Assembly (NCBI GenBank): GCA_965279035.1
Contig: OZ257142.1
Location: 2,592,001-2,656,000 of the forward strand
DNA from: Bacteroidia bacterium
Lineage (GTDB): Bacteria > Bacteroidota > Bacteroidia > M30B66
DNA length: 64,000 nucleotides
Direction of reading: 5' to 3'
Shown here: piece after piece, positions 19,002-27,678 of the stretch
How positions within the stretch are numbered: the first letter of the stretch is position 1
How the letters are laid out: the number at the start of each line of letters is the position of its first letter
Program-made: the position numbers and the translations under genes
Notes under the pieces: model-generated
Seen by the model: the letters and a program-made list of their open reading frames with translations, nothing else
Told to the model about the DNA's origin: nothing
Database searches by the model: none

Positions 19002-20498
19002 ATGAAAAAAACGCCCCACATAATCACATTTGGTGAACTCAAAAAATCAGGTTATGTAAGTCAACCGATTAAAGATGAATTACGCAATAATCTCATTGAA
19101 CGAATCAAGTCAAATCAAAACGTTTTTGAGGGAATTCTTGGGTATGAAAATACTGTTATTCCTGAAATTCAACGAGCTATTTTATCGCGTCATAACATCA
19201 ATTTCCTTGGATTGCGTGGTCAAGCTAAAACACGTATTGCGCGACAAATGACCGAATTATTGGATGAATTCATTCCCGTTATTTCTGGTTCTGAAACCAA
19301 TGATGATCCATTCAATCCAGTTTCATTTCATGGTAGAGAAACCTTGGCAATTCATGGAGATGATACACCTATACATTGGATGCATCGATCAGAACGTTTT
19401 GTCGAAAAGCTGGCTACTCCGGATGTTACAGTAGCTGATTTAATTGGTGATATTGATCCTATTAAAGCCGCGAATCTCAAAATATCCTATGCTGATGAAC
19501 GAGCCATACATTATGGTTTAATTCCACGTTCGAATCGATGCATTTTCGTTATTAATGAAATTCCCGATTTGCAGGCACGCATTCAAGTTGCCTTGTTTAA
19601 TATTTTGCAAGAAGGAGATATTCAAATTCGTGGGTTCAGAATGCGTTTGCCTTTAGATCTTCAATTTATATTTACGGCCAATCCCGAAGATTATACGAAT
19701 AGAGGAAGCATTGTTACTCCCTTGAAAGACCGAATTCAAAGTCAAATTGTAACTCATTATCCGAAAAATATTGAGATAGCCAAAAGCATTACACATCAAG
19801 AAGCTCGACTCCCCAAACAGCAAACCGATTTGGTGAAAGTTCCTGAACTCATTCGCGATATTATAGAACAAATCAGCTTCGAAGCGCGGAATTCGGAATA
19901 TGTAGATGCGAAAAGTGGTGTATCTGCACGTTTAAGTATTTCGGCTTATGAAAATATGGTAAGCACTGCTGAACGTCGTGCCCTTATCAATAAAGAAACA
20001 AATACTACGGCCCGAATCAGTGATATTTGGGGAGCCATTTCTGCCATTAATGGAAAAATTGAATTGGTTTACGAAGGTGAGCAAGAAGGTCCAGTGAATG
20101 TTGCTCAGTTCCTTATTGCCAAAGCAATTCGTACTTTATTCGTGAATTATTTTCCTGATCCAGAACGATTTAAACGGAAGAAAGAAAGCAATCCCTACGA
20201 ACAGATTATTACCTGGTTTAATAATAACAATGAAGTTGATTTATTGCTCGATGAAAAATCACAGGATTATACCCGAAAATTAAAATCGGTTGATGGATTA
20301 AAAACGCTTGTAGATCTTTATTATAAAAGTTTACTTGAACCAGATCGCTTGCTTTTAATGGAATTTGTGCTTTATGGTTTAGCATCCTATTCTCAACTAA
20401 ATCGACTTGCTTTAGATAGTGGAATGTTATTCAAAGATCTTTTTAGTTCGGTCTTTTTCGCAGATGATTTGGATGAAGATGATATGAGGATGAATTAA
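19002..20498 (+). CDS. AAA+ ATPase (Mg-chelatase/sigma54-interacting-like), VWA partner
   Basis: Walker A variant GLRGQAKT, Walker B variant FVINEIPDL, TANPEDYTNRG. Confidence 0.9.
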   Translation: MKKTPHIITFGELKKSGYVSQPIKDELRNNLIERIKSNQNVFEGILGYENTVIPEIQRAILSRHNINFLGLRGQAKTRIARQMTELLDEFIPVISGSETNDDPFNPVSFHGRETLAIHGDDTPIHWMHRSERFVEKLATPDVTVADLIGDIDPIKAANLKISYADERAIHYGLIPRSNRCIFVINEIPDLQARIQVALFNILQEGDIQIRGFRMRLPLDLQFIFTANPEDYTNRGSIVTPLKDRIQSQIVTHYPKNIEIAKSITHQEARLPKQQTDLVKVPELIRDIIEQISFEARNSEYVDAKSGVSARLSISAYENMVSTAERRALINKETNTTARISDIWGAISAINGKIELVYEGEQEGPVNVAQFLIAKAIRTLFVNYFPDPERFKRKKESNPYEQIITWFNNNNEVDLLLDEKSQDYTRKLKSVDGLKTLVDLYYKSLLEPDRLLLMEFVLYGLASYSQLNRLALDSGMLFKDLFSSVFFADDLDEDDMRMN

Positions 20499-20508
20499 TT
20501 ATAAACAT

Positions 20509-20537
20509 AAAAAAAGCCGGAAAAACCGGCTTTTTTT
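20509..20537. terminator. Bidirectional intrinsic terminator
   Basis: A7-GCCGG-AAAAA-CCGGC-T7 between convergent genes. Confidence 0.85.
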
Positions 20538-20539
20538 AT

Positions 20540-21460
20540 TTATTCAGTTGGCCCTTTTGATTTCTTTTTTCGAGGATCTCGAATGGTAAAATTTCGTGAA
20601 AGATTAAATCCGCCAATGATATCACCCGCTTTCCAGGAACCTTTCGTTTCGTGAATGAATGCTTTTTCAATCATATACGGACTATTCGTAAAACATAATT
20701 GGAATACGTGTCCACCAGTTTCTATATCGAAGCCAATGGATAAAACATCGTGAGTTCCTTCCGGTTTGAATTTAGGAAGTTGATAGAAATATTCGAAATT
20801 GACACTTGTTCTGCGTGTTAGTTTCATTCTACCGCCCATCCCAATAGAAAACAAATCGTGAGGAGTAGAAATAGAATCTACCAAATTCCGATGTACTAAG
20901 GTTGGCATTACTTGAAAAGAAAAGCTTTCATTGAATTTTCGTCCAATAATTAATTGATTGACGAAAAACATATTAGATGTGTAAAAATTTGTACGATTAG
21001 GATCAGAATAAGGAACTGTTTTCGTTTGCATTGCTGCCATATAACTTACTGTTACCGGCATATTCCGAGAGCCTTTACTTTGACGTAAGATTTTTGCTTT
21101 CAAAAAACTATCGTATGTTTTTTCGTAGGTACTTCTTCCACCACCAATCATTAACCAACGATTAATACCATATTCCAAACTCACACGCATAGTGGCAACG
21201 TCTAATCCATAAAATTGATTAATTCCTGTATTAAGTGCACCAAAGCGATGAGAAATCCTCATATCCAACACACCTCCAGCAACATTTTCAACAGTATGTC
21301 CATTGATAAGACGTGTTGTTTTAAATGTGGCAGTTGCATAATCGGGCTCAGCGTCTTTCGACATTTCTTCTTCCATCATTTTGGAAAGGTCGTCGGGTTG
21401 AGCAAAAGAAGGAACGATGCCTATAAAAGCAATACAGGTTGTGATAAAAAATCGTTTCAT
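20540..21460 (-). CDS. DUF5777 family outer-membrane beta-barrel protein
   Basis: ATFKTTRLINGHTVE, ISHRFG, GFDIETGGHVFQLCFTN, GFNLSRNF. Confidence 0.85.
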   Translation of the reverse strand: MKRFFITTCIAFIGIVPSFAQPDDLSKMMEEEMSKDAEPDYATATFKTTRLINGHTVENVAGGVLDMRISHRFGALNTGINQFYGLDVATMRVSLEYGINRWLMIGGGRSTYEKTYDSFLKAKILRQSKGSRNMPVTVSYMAAMQTKTVPYSDPNRTNFYTSNMFFVNQLIIGRKFNESFSFQVMPTLVHRNLVDSISTPHDLFSIGMGGRMKLTRRTSVNFEYFYQLPKFKPEGTHDVLSIGFDIETGGHVFQLCFTNSPYMIEKAFIHETKGSWKAGDIIGGFNLSRNFTIRDPRKKKSKGPTE

Positions 21461-21469
21461 TGGAAGGAA

Positions 21470-21504
21470 TAAAAAACGGGAACCTGAGTGATTCGGTTCC
21501 CGTT
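21470..21504 (-). terminator. Intrinsic terminator between yceI and the DUF5777 gene
   Basis: Minus strand AACGGGAACC-loop-GGTTCCCGTT followed by a T-tract. Confidence 0.75.
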
Positions 21505-21508
21505 CAAA

Positions 21509-22111
21509 TTATTTTTTAGGCTCGTAACTAGCGTCAACTGTGATGGTCGCTTTTTCAGCAATTTTATCTGCAACAACCGAAGGGCGATCAACTTTAAAAT
21601 CAGCTAGTTTAACAGAGAATTTCGATTTAGCATGAATTTTTCCACCTTTAATACTAATTGTACCATCAGCTGTTACAACTTGAGTAACACCATGCATGGT
21701 TAAATTACCAGAAACTTTAATGGCATAATCACCATCTTTTGCAAAATTAACATCAGCTAGATTGGTGATTTTCCCTTTGAATTCTGCTTTAGGAAATTTA
21801 CCGCTTTCCAAATAATTTTCGTTGAAATGCTCTTCCATAAGCGCTTTTTCGAAACGAAAACTTTTCACTAACACGGCAAAAACAACGTCACCTGTTGCTT
21901 TATTTAAGAAAGAGGTTGCTTCGTTATTGATAGCATCAATTTTCTCTACCGGATTAACTGGTGTACAATCAAATTCAACCTTAGCAGTTTTAGTAAAGAA
22001 AACATCTTGGGCTGATGCACTGAACACTCCTGAAACAATCAAAGAGGACAGTAAAAATGATTTTATTTTCATGGTTTGGATTTTCGATTGATTTTCAATT
22101 ATCGTGCTCAA
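21509..22111 (-). CDS. YceI family (polyisoprenoid-binding) periplasmic protein
   Basis: FEKALMEEHFNENYLESGKFPKAEFKG, GNLTMHGVT. Real start is probably MKIKSF at 22072. Confidence 0.9.
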   Translation of the reverse strand: MSTIIENQSKIQTMKIKSFLLSSLIVSGVFSASAQDVFFTKTAKVEFDCTPVNPVEKIDAINNEATSFLNKATGDVVFAVLVKSFRFEKALMEEHFNENYLESGKFPKAEFKGKITNLADVNFAKDGDYAIKVSGNLTMHGVTQVVTADGTISIKGGKIHAKSKFSVKLADFKVDRPSVVADKIAEKATITVDASYEPKK

Positions 22112-22116
22112 AAAAT

Positions 22117-22533
22117 CTAGTTATTAGGATATCCTTTATTAATCCATGATTTGATCATATTGATATTACAATCAATCATTTTGGTAGTTCCTTTCGGCAT
22201 GTTACTCGCGTTGCCATCTTGAACTATGGATGAAATGAAACGAGCTTTATCGTAATCCAAGTATGCTTTAACACCATCATAAGAATCAAGTGGAATTCCG
22301 CTTGGATTACTTGCACCACCATGACATGCAGAGCTATTACATTTCGCATCCAAAATTGTTTTCACTTCTACAGAATACCGAGACGTTGTAGTGTCGCAGG
22401 TTCCAGATCCTTTATCGGGATATAATTCTTCTTCGGTATCATAATAACAACCTGTTAAACTGAAACCAACAAGCATTAAAACAATCCCAGTAACAATAAA
22501 CGATTTCAATTTCATTTTGGGTTTGAGATTCAA
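22117..22533 (-). CDS. Monoheme cytochrome c-like lipoprotein (CX4CH)
   Basis: LTGC lipobox, CYYDTEEELYP, CNSSACH, distal MPK. Likely start at 22515. Confidence 0.8.
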   Translation of the reverse strand: MNLKPKMKLKSFIVTGIVLMLVGFSLTGCYYDTEEELYPDKGSGTCDTTTSRYSVEVKTILDAKCNSSACHGGASNPSGIPLDSYDGVKAYLDYDKARFISSIVQDGNASNMPKGTTKMIDCNINMIKSWINKGYPNN

Positions 22534-23307
22534 TTAATTATTAAGTGCACCCGCTTGAATCCACTTACGGATTTTAGTAATGTTACAATCATCCATTTTT
22601 GCAGCACTCTTAGGCATTGCAGAAAAGCCAGAAGCATGTTGAACAGATCCAAGTAAACTACCATTGTTCACGCTTGTTTGCAAACCAGCATGAGTAGATG
22701 TATTAATACCACCAGAAGGGAATGAACCACTATGACAACCATTACAATATGTTCCCATCATGGGTGCAATATCGGCAGAATAAGTGAATGCTGTTGTATC
22801 ACAAGTGGATGCACAATTGGTCGTATTGAGTGCTCCTTGATTAATCCATTGTTGAATGAGAGCAATTTGATCATTCGACAAATTATTATAAGGATTTGGT
22901 GGCATACTACCATTCATTATAGAATGCATAACAGAACCACTAGTTGGATTAAATGCCGAAATATGGGAAATGATATGTGAATAATCATACAAACGAAGAC
23001 CTTCTTCATGTGTGATAGCATCATGACAATCGGGCATAGCGCAATTGCTTATGAACAAAGGCAAAATTTGGCTTTCGAAACAAATCATGGTATCAACTGG
23101 AGGCGGAGGTGGGATAATAGTAGTATCATTTCCGCTTGTATCAATTGGAGTTGTAGTAGTATCAATTGGATTACCATTGCCATCGGGATAATCAAGTTCA
23201 TGTTTACATGATGAAATGAAAGCGAGCGAGGCTGACATCAGGACAATCAGAGGGAATTTCAAATGTAGGAATTTCATGGTTGAGAGGACGTTTGGTTGAA
23301 TGTGCAA
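22534..23307 (-). CDS. Diheme cytochrome c-like lipoprotein (planctomycete cytochrome c-like domains)
   Basis: ISSC lipobox, CAMPDCH...MPP...IQQWINQGA and CNGCH...MPK...IRKWIQAGA. Likely start at 23277. Confidence 0.82.
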   Translation of the reverse strand: MHIQPNVLSTMKFLHLKFPLIVLMSASLAFISSCKHELDYPDGNGNPIDTTTTPIDTSGNDTTIIPPPPPVDTMICFESQILPLFISNCAMPDCHDAITHEEGLRLYDYSHIISHISAFNPTSGSVMHSIMNGSMPPNPYNNLSNDQIALIQQWINQGALNTTNCASTCDTTAFTYSADIAPMMGTYCNGCHSGSFPSGGINTSTHAGLQTSVNNGSLLGSVQHASGFSAMPKSAAKMDDCNITKIRKWIQAGALNN

Positions 23308-23622
23308 GTTGGGGATTTAGGAATTCAAAAAAACTTAAAAAAGAACAGATTTATAACATGGTTTGTTTAATAGTTAATTTCCAAGAATATGTTAACATTA
23401 TTGAATTTAAAACGAATTCAATAGAAGTAATTTTTCAAACAACTGATTTTCTGCATTTTAAAAACTCAATTTTTCGATTTTATTCTTGGACATATTAATG
23501 ACGAATACAATCCAACTATCGTTGCATGGATTATTATAATAAATTTCAAAATATCACGAATCCATTACATTGTATCAATAAATGATCTCGATTTTATTTC
23601 GAAATCGGAGGAAAAGGAATAC

Positions 23623-23630
23623 TACATTTG
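23623..23630 (+). promoter_or_regulatory. -7 box TACATTTG
   Basis: TAnnTTTG match 19 nt upstream of the ATG at 23650. Confidence 0.6.
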
Positions 23631-23649
23631 TCAGGTAAAACTTAAGAGA

Positions 23650-24072
23650 ATGAAAAAATCGATTAAAATAATTTTGGCTGTATTGCTTATTGGTGGTGGA
23701 ATTGGTGGCTTTGTAGCCTATCGAATGTGGAATAAACCACATGCCGATGCTTCAGAGATGGAAGGAGTAAAAGTAACAGCAGATGTTTTATACAAAGCAT
23801 TTGAATCGAACGAACAACAAGCTAACTCGACCTATGTGGGTAAAGTGGTAGAAGTAACTGGAACCGTTGGAGACATTGAAAAATCGGATACCATTTCTCG
23901 TGTGATGCTCACTTTCCCAGATGCAATGATGGGAGCTGTTCGAGTAACATTGGATACGCGACACCTCAAAGATGCTGATGCAGTAAAATCAGGAGAACAA
24001 GCAACGTTTAAAGGATTTTGTAATGGATATCTAATGGATGTTGAAGTGAAAGATGGTGTTCTTGTAAAATAA
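23650..24072 (+). CDS. Membrane-anchored OB-fold protein (tRNA_anti-like)
   Basis: N-terminal TM, YRMWNKPH, LYKAFESNEQQANSTYVGKVVEVTGTV, KGFCNG. Confidence 0.8.
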   Translation: MKKSIKIILAVLLIGGGIGGFVAYRMWNKPHADASEMEGVKVTADVLYKAFESNEQQANSTYVGKVVEVTGTVGDIEKSDTISRVMLTFPDAMMGAVRVTLDTRHLKDADAVKSGEQATFKGFCNGYLMDVEVKDGVLVK

Positions 24073-24095
24073 ATATCGCATATAACATGTAAATG

Positions 24096-24128
24096 AACCG
24101 GAATTTTAAATTAGAATTCCGGTTTTTT
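24096..24128. terminator. Intrinsic terminator between convergent genes
   Basis: AACCGGAATT...AATTCCGGTT followed by a T-tract. Confidence 0.75.
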
Positions 24129-24130
24129 AT

Positions 24131-25297
24131 TTAAAACCAAATACCAATTCCGGTTAATAGTTCATAGCGATAATTTGATGGTTTATTGTTAAGAAAGAAA
24201 ATATGTTCATCCTTCCGAGCATCCAACCAACGACCTTCGATACGTAAATAAGAATTTGGGATTGGCTTAATTTCAAACCCAGTTGTTATTCCACCTATTT
24301 TCAACCCAATCAATTGATGATACTCATTTTGAACTGGTCCTGTGAGAATCTCATTGGGATCGGAAAAGTATTCCCCTCGGATGTAAGTTGAAATGATTGG
24401 AGTAATACGGTATTTAGCTGCTAATAATGAACTAAACATTTGTGCTTGCTGATTTTTTCCTTGTAAAGATGTATGATTCTGTATGCCATAATTAATTTCC
24501 AAACCGAGCGTGAATCTTCTCTTTTTAAATGAAATAGATAAGTCATTATAAAAACGTTGTTGGTTACCGGCTTTCGATCCAGGAGTTTCTTCGCTTAATA
24601 AATTTCCATAGATTATTTGAAAACCTTTAAAGGGTTGATAAGAAATCGAAAGTCCAATTGCTTTATTTTTATTATTATCTACAAAACCATTGAAACTATT
24701 GAAGACATTGGCTTGGATTGTAATTTTTGGATTAAATTCCCAAGTTAGTTTTGCTCCACTTAAATAATAAGGTTCATAATAGGTTGTTGATGCAATGCTC
24801 AAGGTCATATTTTCGCGAGGCTGAATTGATTCTAAGCCCAAATGCGTTCGAAAAAAACCAGCATCGATCCATAATTTTTTCCTTAAACGAAAGCCAACAT
24901 TTGCTTCTTGAATGGAGGAATAAATTGGTGACCATGCACTTTTTTCAACATCACCAATAAAAACGGTTGCAATACTTCGAAAATGTGCACTATAATACTT
25001 TACAGTAGCCTGTGCGATATTGATTCCGAAAGAATTACTACGGGGAGAAACGGTTGGTATTTTTTGAAAAGCTCCCATGGATGCAGTATCGCTATATGTA
25101 GCATAATAGGCATCTACATACCCTAAAAATTCAATTTTACCACTTGTATCAACTTCAGCATCATATGGATTTATTCGAGTGCCAGAAAAAGTTAAATCAC
25201 TTTCAAGCTTAACTAATGAATCGTTTAACACTTGTGAAAATGATGAAATTGAAAAGAATATTAGCAGTAAGGCTGCTGTAACAACCATTCTGTTCAT
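24131..25297 (-). CDS. Putative porin/outer-membrane beta-barrel (BBP2/DUF1597-like)
   Basis: GYVDAYY, IQEANVG, DAGFFRTHLGLES, PYYLSGAK, DNNKNK, terminal GIWF. Confidence 0.8.
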   Translation of the reverse strand: MNRMVVTAALLLIFFSISSFSQVLNDSLVKLESDLTFSGTRINPYDAEVDTSGKIEFLGYVDAYYATYSDTASMGAFQKIPTVSPRSNSFGINIAQATVKYYSAHFRSIATVFIGDVEKSAWSPIYSSIQEANVGFRLRKKLWIDAGFFRTHLGLESIQPRENMTLSIASTTYYEPYYLSGAKLTWEFNPKITIQANVFNSFNGFVDNNKNKAIGLSISYQPFKGFQIIYGNLLSEETPGSKAGNQQRFYNDLSISFKKRRFTLGLEINYGIQNHTSLQGKNQQAQMFSSLLAAKYRITPIISTYIRGEYFSDPNEILTGPVQNEYHQLIGLKIGGITTGFEIKPIPNSYLRIEGRWLDARKDEHIFFLNNKPSNYRYELLTGIGIWF

Positions 25298-25363
25298 TGA
25301 GTTTGTTTTAGGATTTGCAATATAGAAATTGCACCTGTTTCAAAAAATTAATAGCGATATTCT

Positions 25364-25402
25364 AAAAAAAACAAACCCTGCTTCGTTTGTACAAAGCAGG
25401 GT
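25364..25402 (-). terminator. Intrinsic terminator
   Basis: Minus strand AACCCTGCTTTG-tacaaa-CGAAGCAGGGTT then TGTTTTTTTT. Confidence 0.8.
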
Positions 25403-25560
25403 TCTCACAAACCATTTTTCCCGGTATGGGCCGGCAACCAATGGATTTTCTCTGAGTGAGACAGAGCTTAGGTTGCAAAATCACAAATGACATCTTCACA
25501 TGTCCCAATGTCTTTGGCTTCAATGTTCAACTTCACAAGAATCCCTATGTTAAAATTAGC
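25364..25560 (-). ncRNA. Candidate ~195-nt small RNA (or 31-aa leaderless ORF at 25468-25563)
   Basis: TAGTTTTG -7 box at 25566-25573, several internal hairpins and a strong terminator. Confidence 0.45.
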
Positions 25561-25664
25561 CATTGCAAAACTATTCATTTTTCAACCATTTTAGAGAATA
25601 GTTGAAAAATCAATCAGTTATTTACTAAATATGAGTGTTAGCACCCATGAAGGAGATTCTAGGA

Positions 25665-27599
25665 TTATAATTTTCCTTGTACAATTTCATCTACTATCAA
25701 GGGATCGAGCAATGTGCTTACATCACCTAAATTGCTCAACTCATTCTCCGCTACCTTTCTTAAAATCCTCCGCATGATTTTACCTGAACGAGTCTTGGGT
25801 AAACCACTTACAAATTGAATTTTATCGGGTTTTGCTATGCGGCCAATCTGAGTGCTTACCGTATCATAAATATCCTCTCTCAATTGATTGGGATTTTCGG
25901 GGAGCTTATCGCATATCACAAATGCATAAATTCCCTGTCCCTTGATATCATGAGGATATCCAACAACGGCACTTTCGATTACATGTTTGTTTTGATTGAT
26001 GGCATTTTCAATTTCGGCAGTACCAAAACGATGACCTGATACATTGATTACATCATCCACACGCCCAATAATCCGATACATTCCATCTTCATCGCGACGA
26101 GCACCATCACCAGTAAAATAGTAGTTTTTATAGGTAGAAAAGTAAGTAACTCGACATCGTTCATGATCTCCAAACGTAGTTCGAATCATCCCCGGCCAGG
26201 GAAACTTAATTGCTAAATAGCCTTCTTCACCGTTCGCTTCAATTTCTTTTCCTTCTCCATTTAACAATACAGGTTGAATTCCTGGTAATGGCAATCCAGC
26301 AAAACTAGGTTTAGAAGGAGTTACACCTGCAAGAGATGTAATCATCATTCCGCCAGTTTCGGTTTGCCACCAAGTGTCGACAATCGGGCAATGCTCTTTA
26401 CCAATATGAACATTATACCAATGCCATGCTTCTTCATTAATTGGCTCACCTACGGAACCAAGTACTCGTAATGAATTGAGACTGTATGCAAGAACATGAT
26501 CAATTCCTGCAGCCATCAAGGATCTAATAGCTGTTGGTGCAGTATAGAATACACTCACACTGTGTTTATCGATGATACTCCAAAAACGACCTGCATCCGG
26601 ATACGTAGGAATTCCTTCAAACATAAGCGTTGTAGTAGCCGACATCAACGGTCCGTACAACAAATAGGAATGCCCTGTTACCCAACCAATATCGGCTGTG
26701 CACCAATACACATCGTTACTTTCAATTTGAAACACATTGCGAAAGGTATAGTCGATATAGGTCATGTAACCACCGCAGGTATGTACAACACCTTTGGGTT
26801 TTCCGGTTGATCCTGAAGTGTATAAAATAAATAGCATATCCTCCGAATCCATGGGTTCGGCTGGACAATCGCTATCGACTAATTCCATTTCTTCATGCCA
26901 CCAAACATCGCGACCAGCTTGCATTTCAGGATCCCAATTCAAGTGATTATGAACGATTACACGATTCACTGAAGTGCAAAGTTCCAAGGCTTCATCTACC
27001 ACACGTTTCAACGACATTTGTTTTGCTCCTCGATTCAATCCATCAGTTGTTATTACTACCGAACAAGCGGAGTCGTTGATTCTATCAGCAATTGACTGTG
27101 CAGAAAATCCAGCAAATACTACTGAGTGTACAGCACCAATGCGAGCACATGCTAAGGTTGCAATGGCTAATTCGGGAATCATAGGCATGTAGATACAAAC
27201 GCGATCGCCTTTTCGAACTCCATTGCGTTTGAGCACATTAGCAAACTTGCATACTTGAACAAACAGCTCTCTGTACTTTATTTTCTTAGCTCTTTCCTTT
27301 GGATCATTGGGTTCCCAAATCATGGCTATTTTATTCCCATCAGTATCCAAATGCCGATCGAGACAATTTTCTGTAATGTTGAGCTTTCCACCTGAAAACC
27401 AATTAATTGATGGATCTGTAAAATTCCAATCTAAGACTTTGTCCCACTTTTTTTGCCAGCTTAATCGGCCTGCAACATCAGCCCAAAAGCCTTCTGGATT
27501 ACTGACACTTTCGTTATAAGCGCGATGATATTCTTCTTCAGTTCGAATGCGATGGAAACTCATAAAATAAGGTAGTTTGGTTGATATAGGAGAAAGCAA
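25665..27599 (-). CDS. acs: Acetate--CoA ligase (acetyl-CoA synthetase)
   Basis: YTSGSTGKPKG, WCTADIGWVTGHSY, DTWWQTETGG, LPKTRSGKIMRRILRK. Likely start at 27563. Confidence 0.97.
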   Translation of the reverse strand: MLSPISTKLPYFMSFHRIRTEEEYHRAYNESVSNPEGFWADVAGRLSWQKKWDKVLDWNFTDPSINWFSGGKLNITENCLDRHLDTDGNKIAMIWEPNDPKERAKKIKYRELFVQVCKFANVLKRNGVRKGDRVCIYMPMIPELAIATLACARIGAVHSVVFAGFSAQSIADRINDSACSVVITTDGLNRGAKQMSLKRVVDEALELCTSVNRVIVHNHLNWDPEMQAGRDVWWHEEMELVDSDCPAEPMDSEDMLFILYTSGSTGKPKGVVHTCGGYMTYIDYTFRNVFQIESNDVYWCTADIGWVTGHSYLLYGPLMSATTTLMFEGIPTYPDAGRFWSIIDKHSVSVFYTAPTAIRSLMAAGIDHVLAYSLNSLRVLGSVGEPINEEAWHWYNVHIGKEHCPIVDTWWQTETGGMMITSLAGVTPSKPSFAGLPLPGIQPVLLNGEGKEIEANGEEGYLAIKFPWPGMIRTTFGDHERCRVTYFSTYKNYYFTGDGARRDEDGMYRIIGRVDDVINVSGHRFGTAEIENAINQNKHVIESAVVGYPHDIKGQGIYAFVICDKLPENPNQLREDIYDTVSTQIGRIAKPDKIQFVSGLPKTRSGKIMRRILRKVAENELSNLGDVSTLLDPLIVDEIVQGKL

Positions 27600-27678
27600 T
27601 TAGGCGATAACTCATTTATCATTCATTGACGATTGTATCAATTCAATTGGTGAAACTATCGTTTTTTGAACACCGAAA

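Noticed and set aside
25364-25560. 6S RNA or a known riboswitch class
   Set aside because: Size fits 6S, but I could not see end-to-end rod pairing with a central bubble or any aptamer consensus I recognise. Left as an unclassified candidate.
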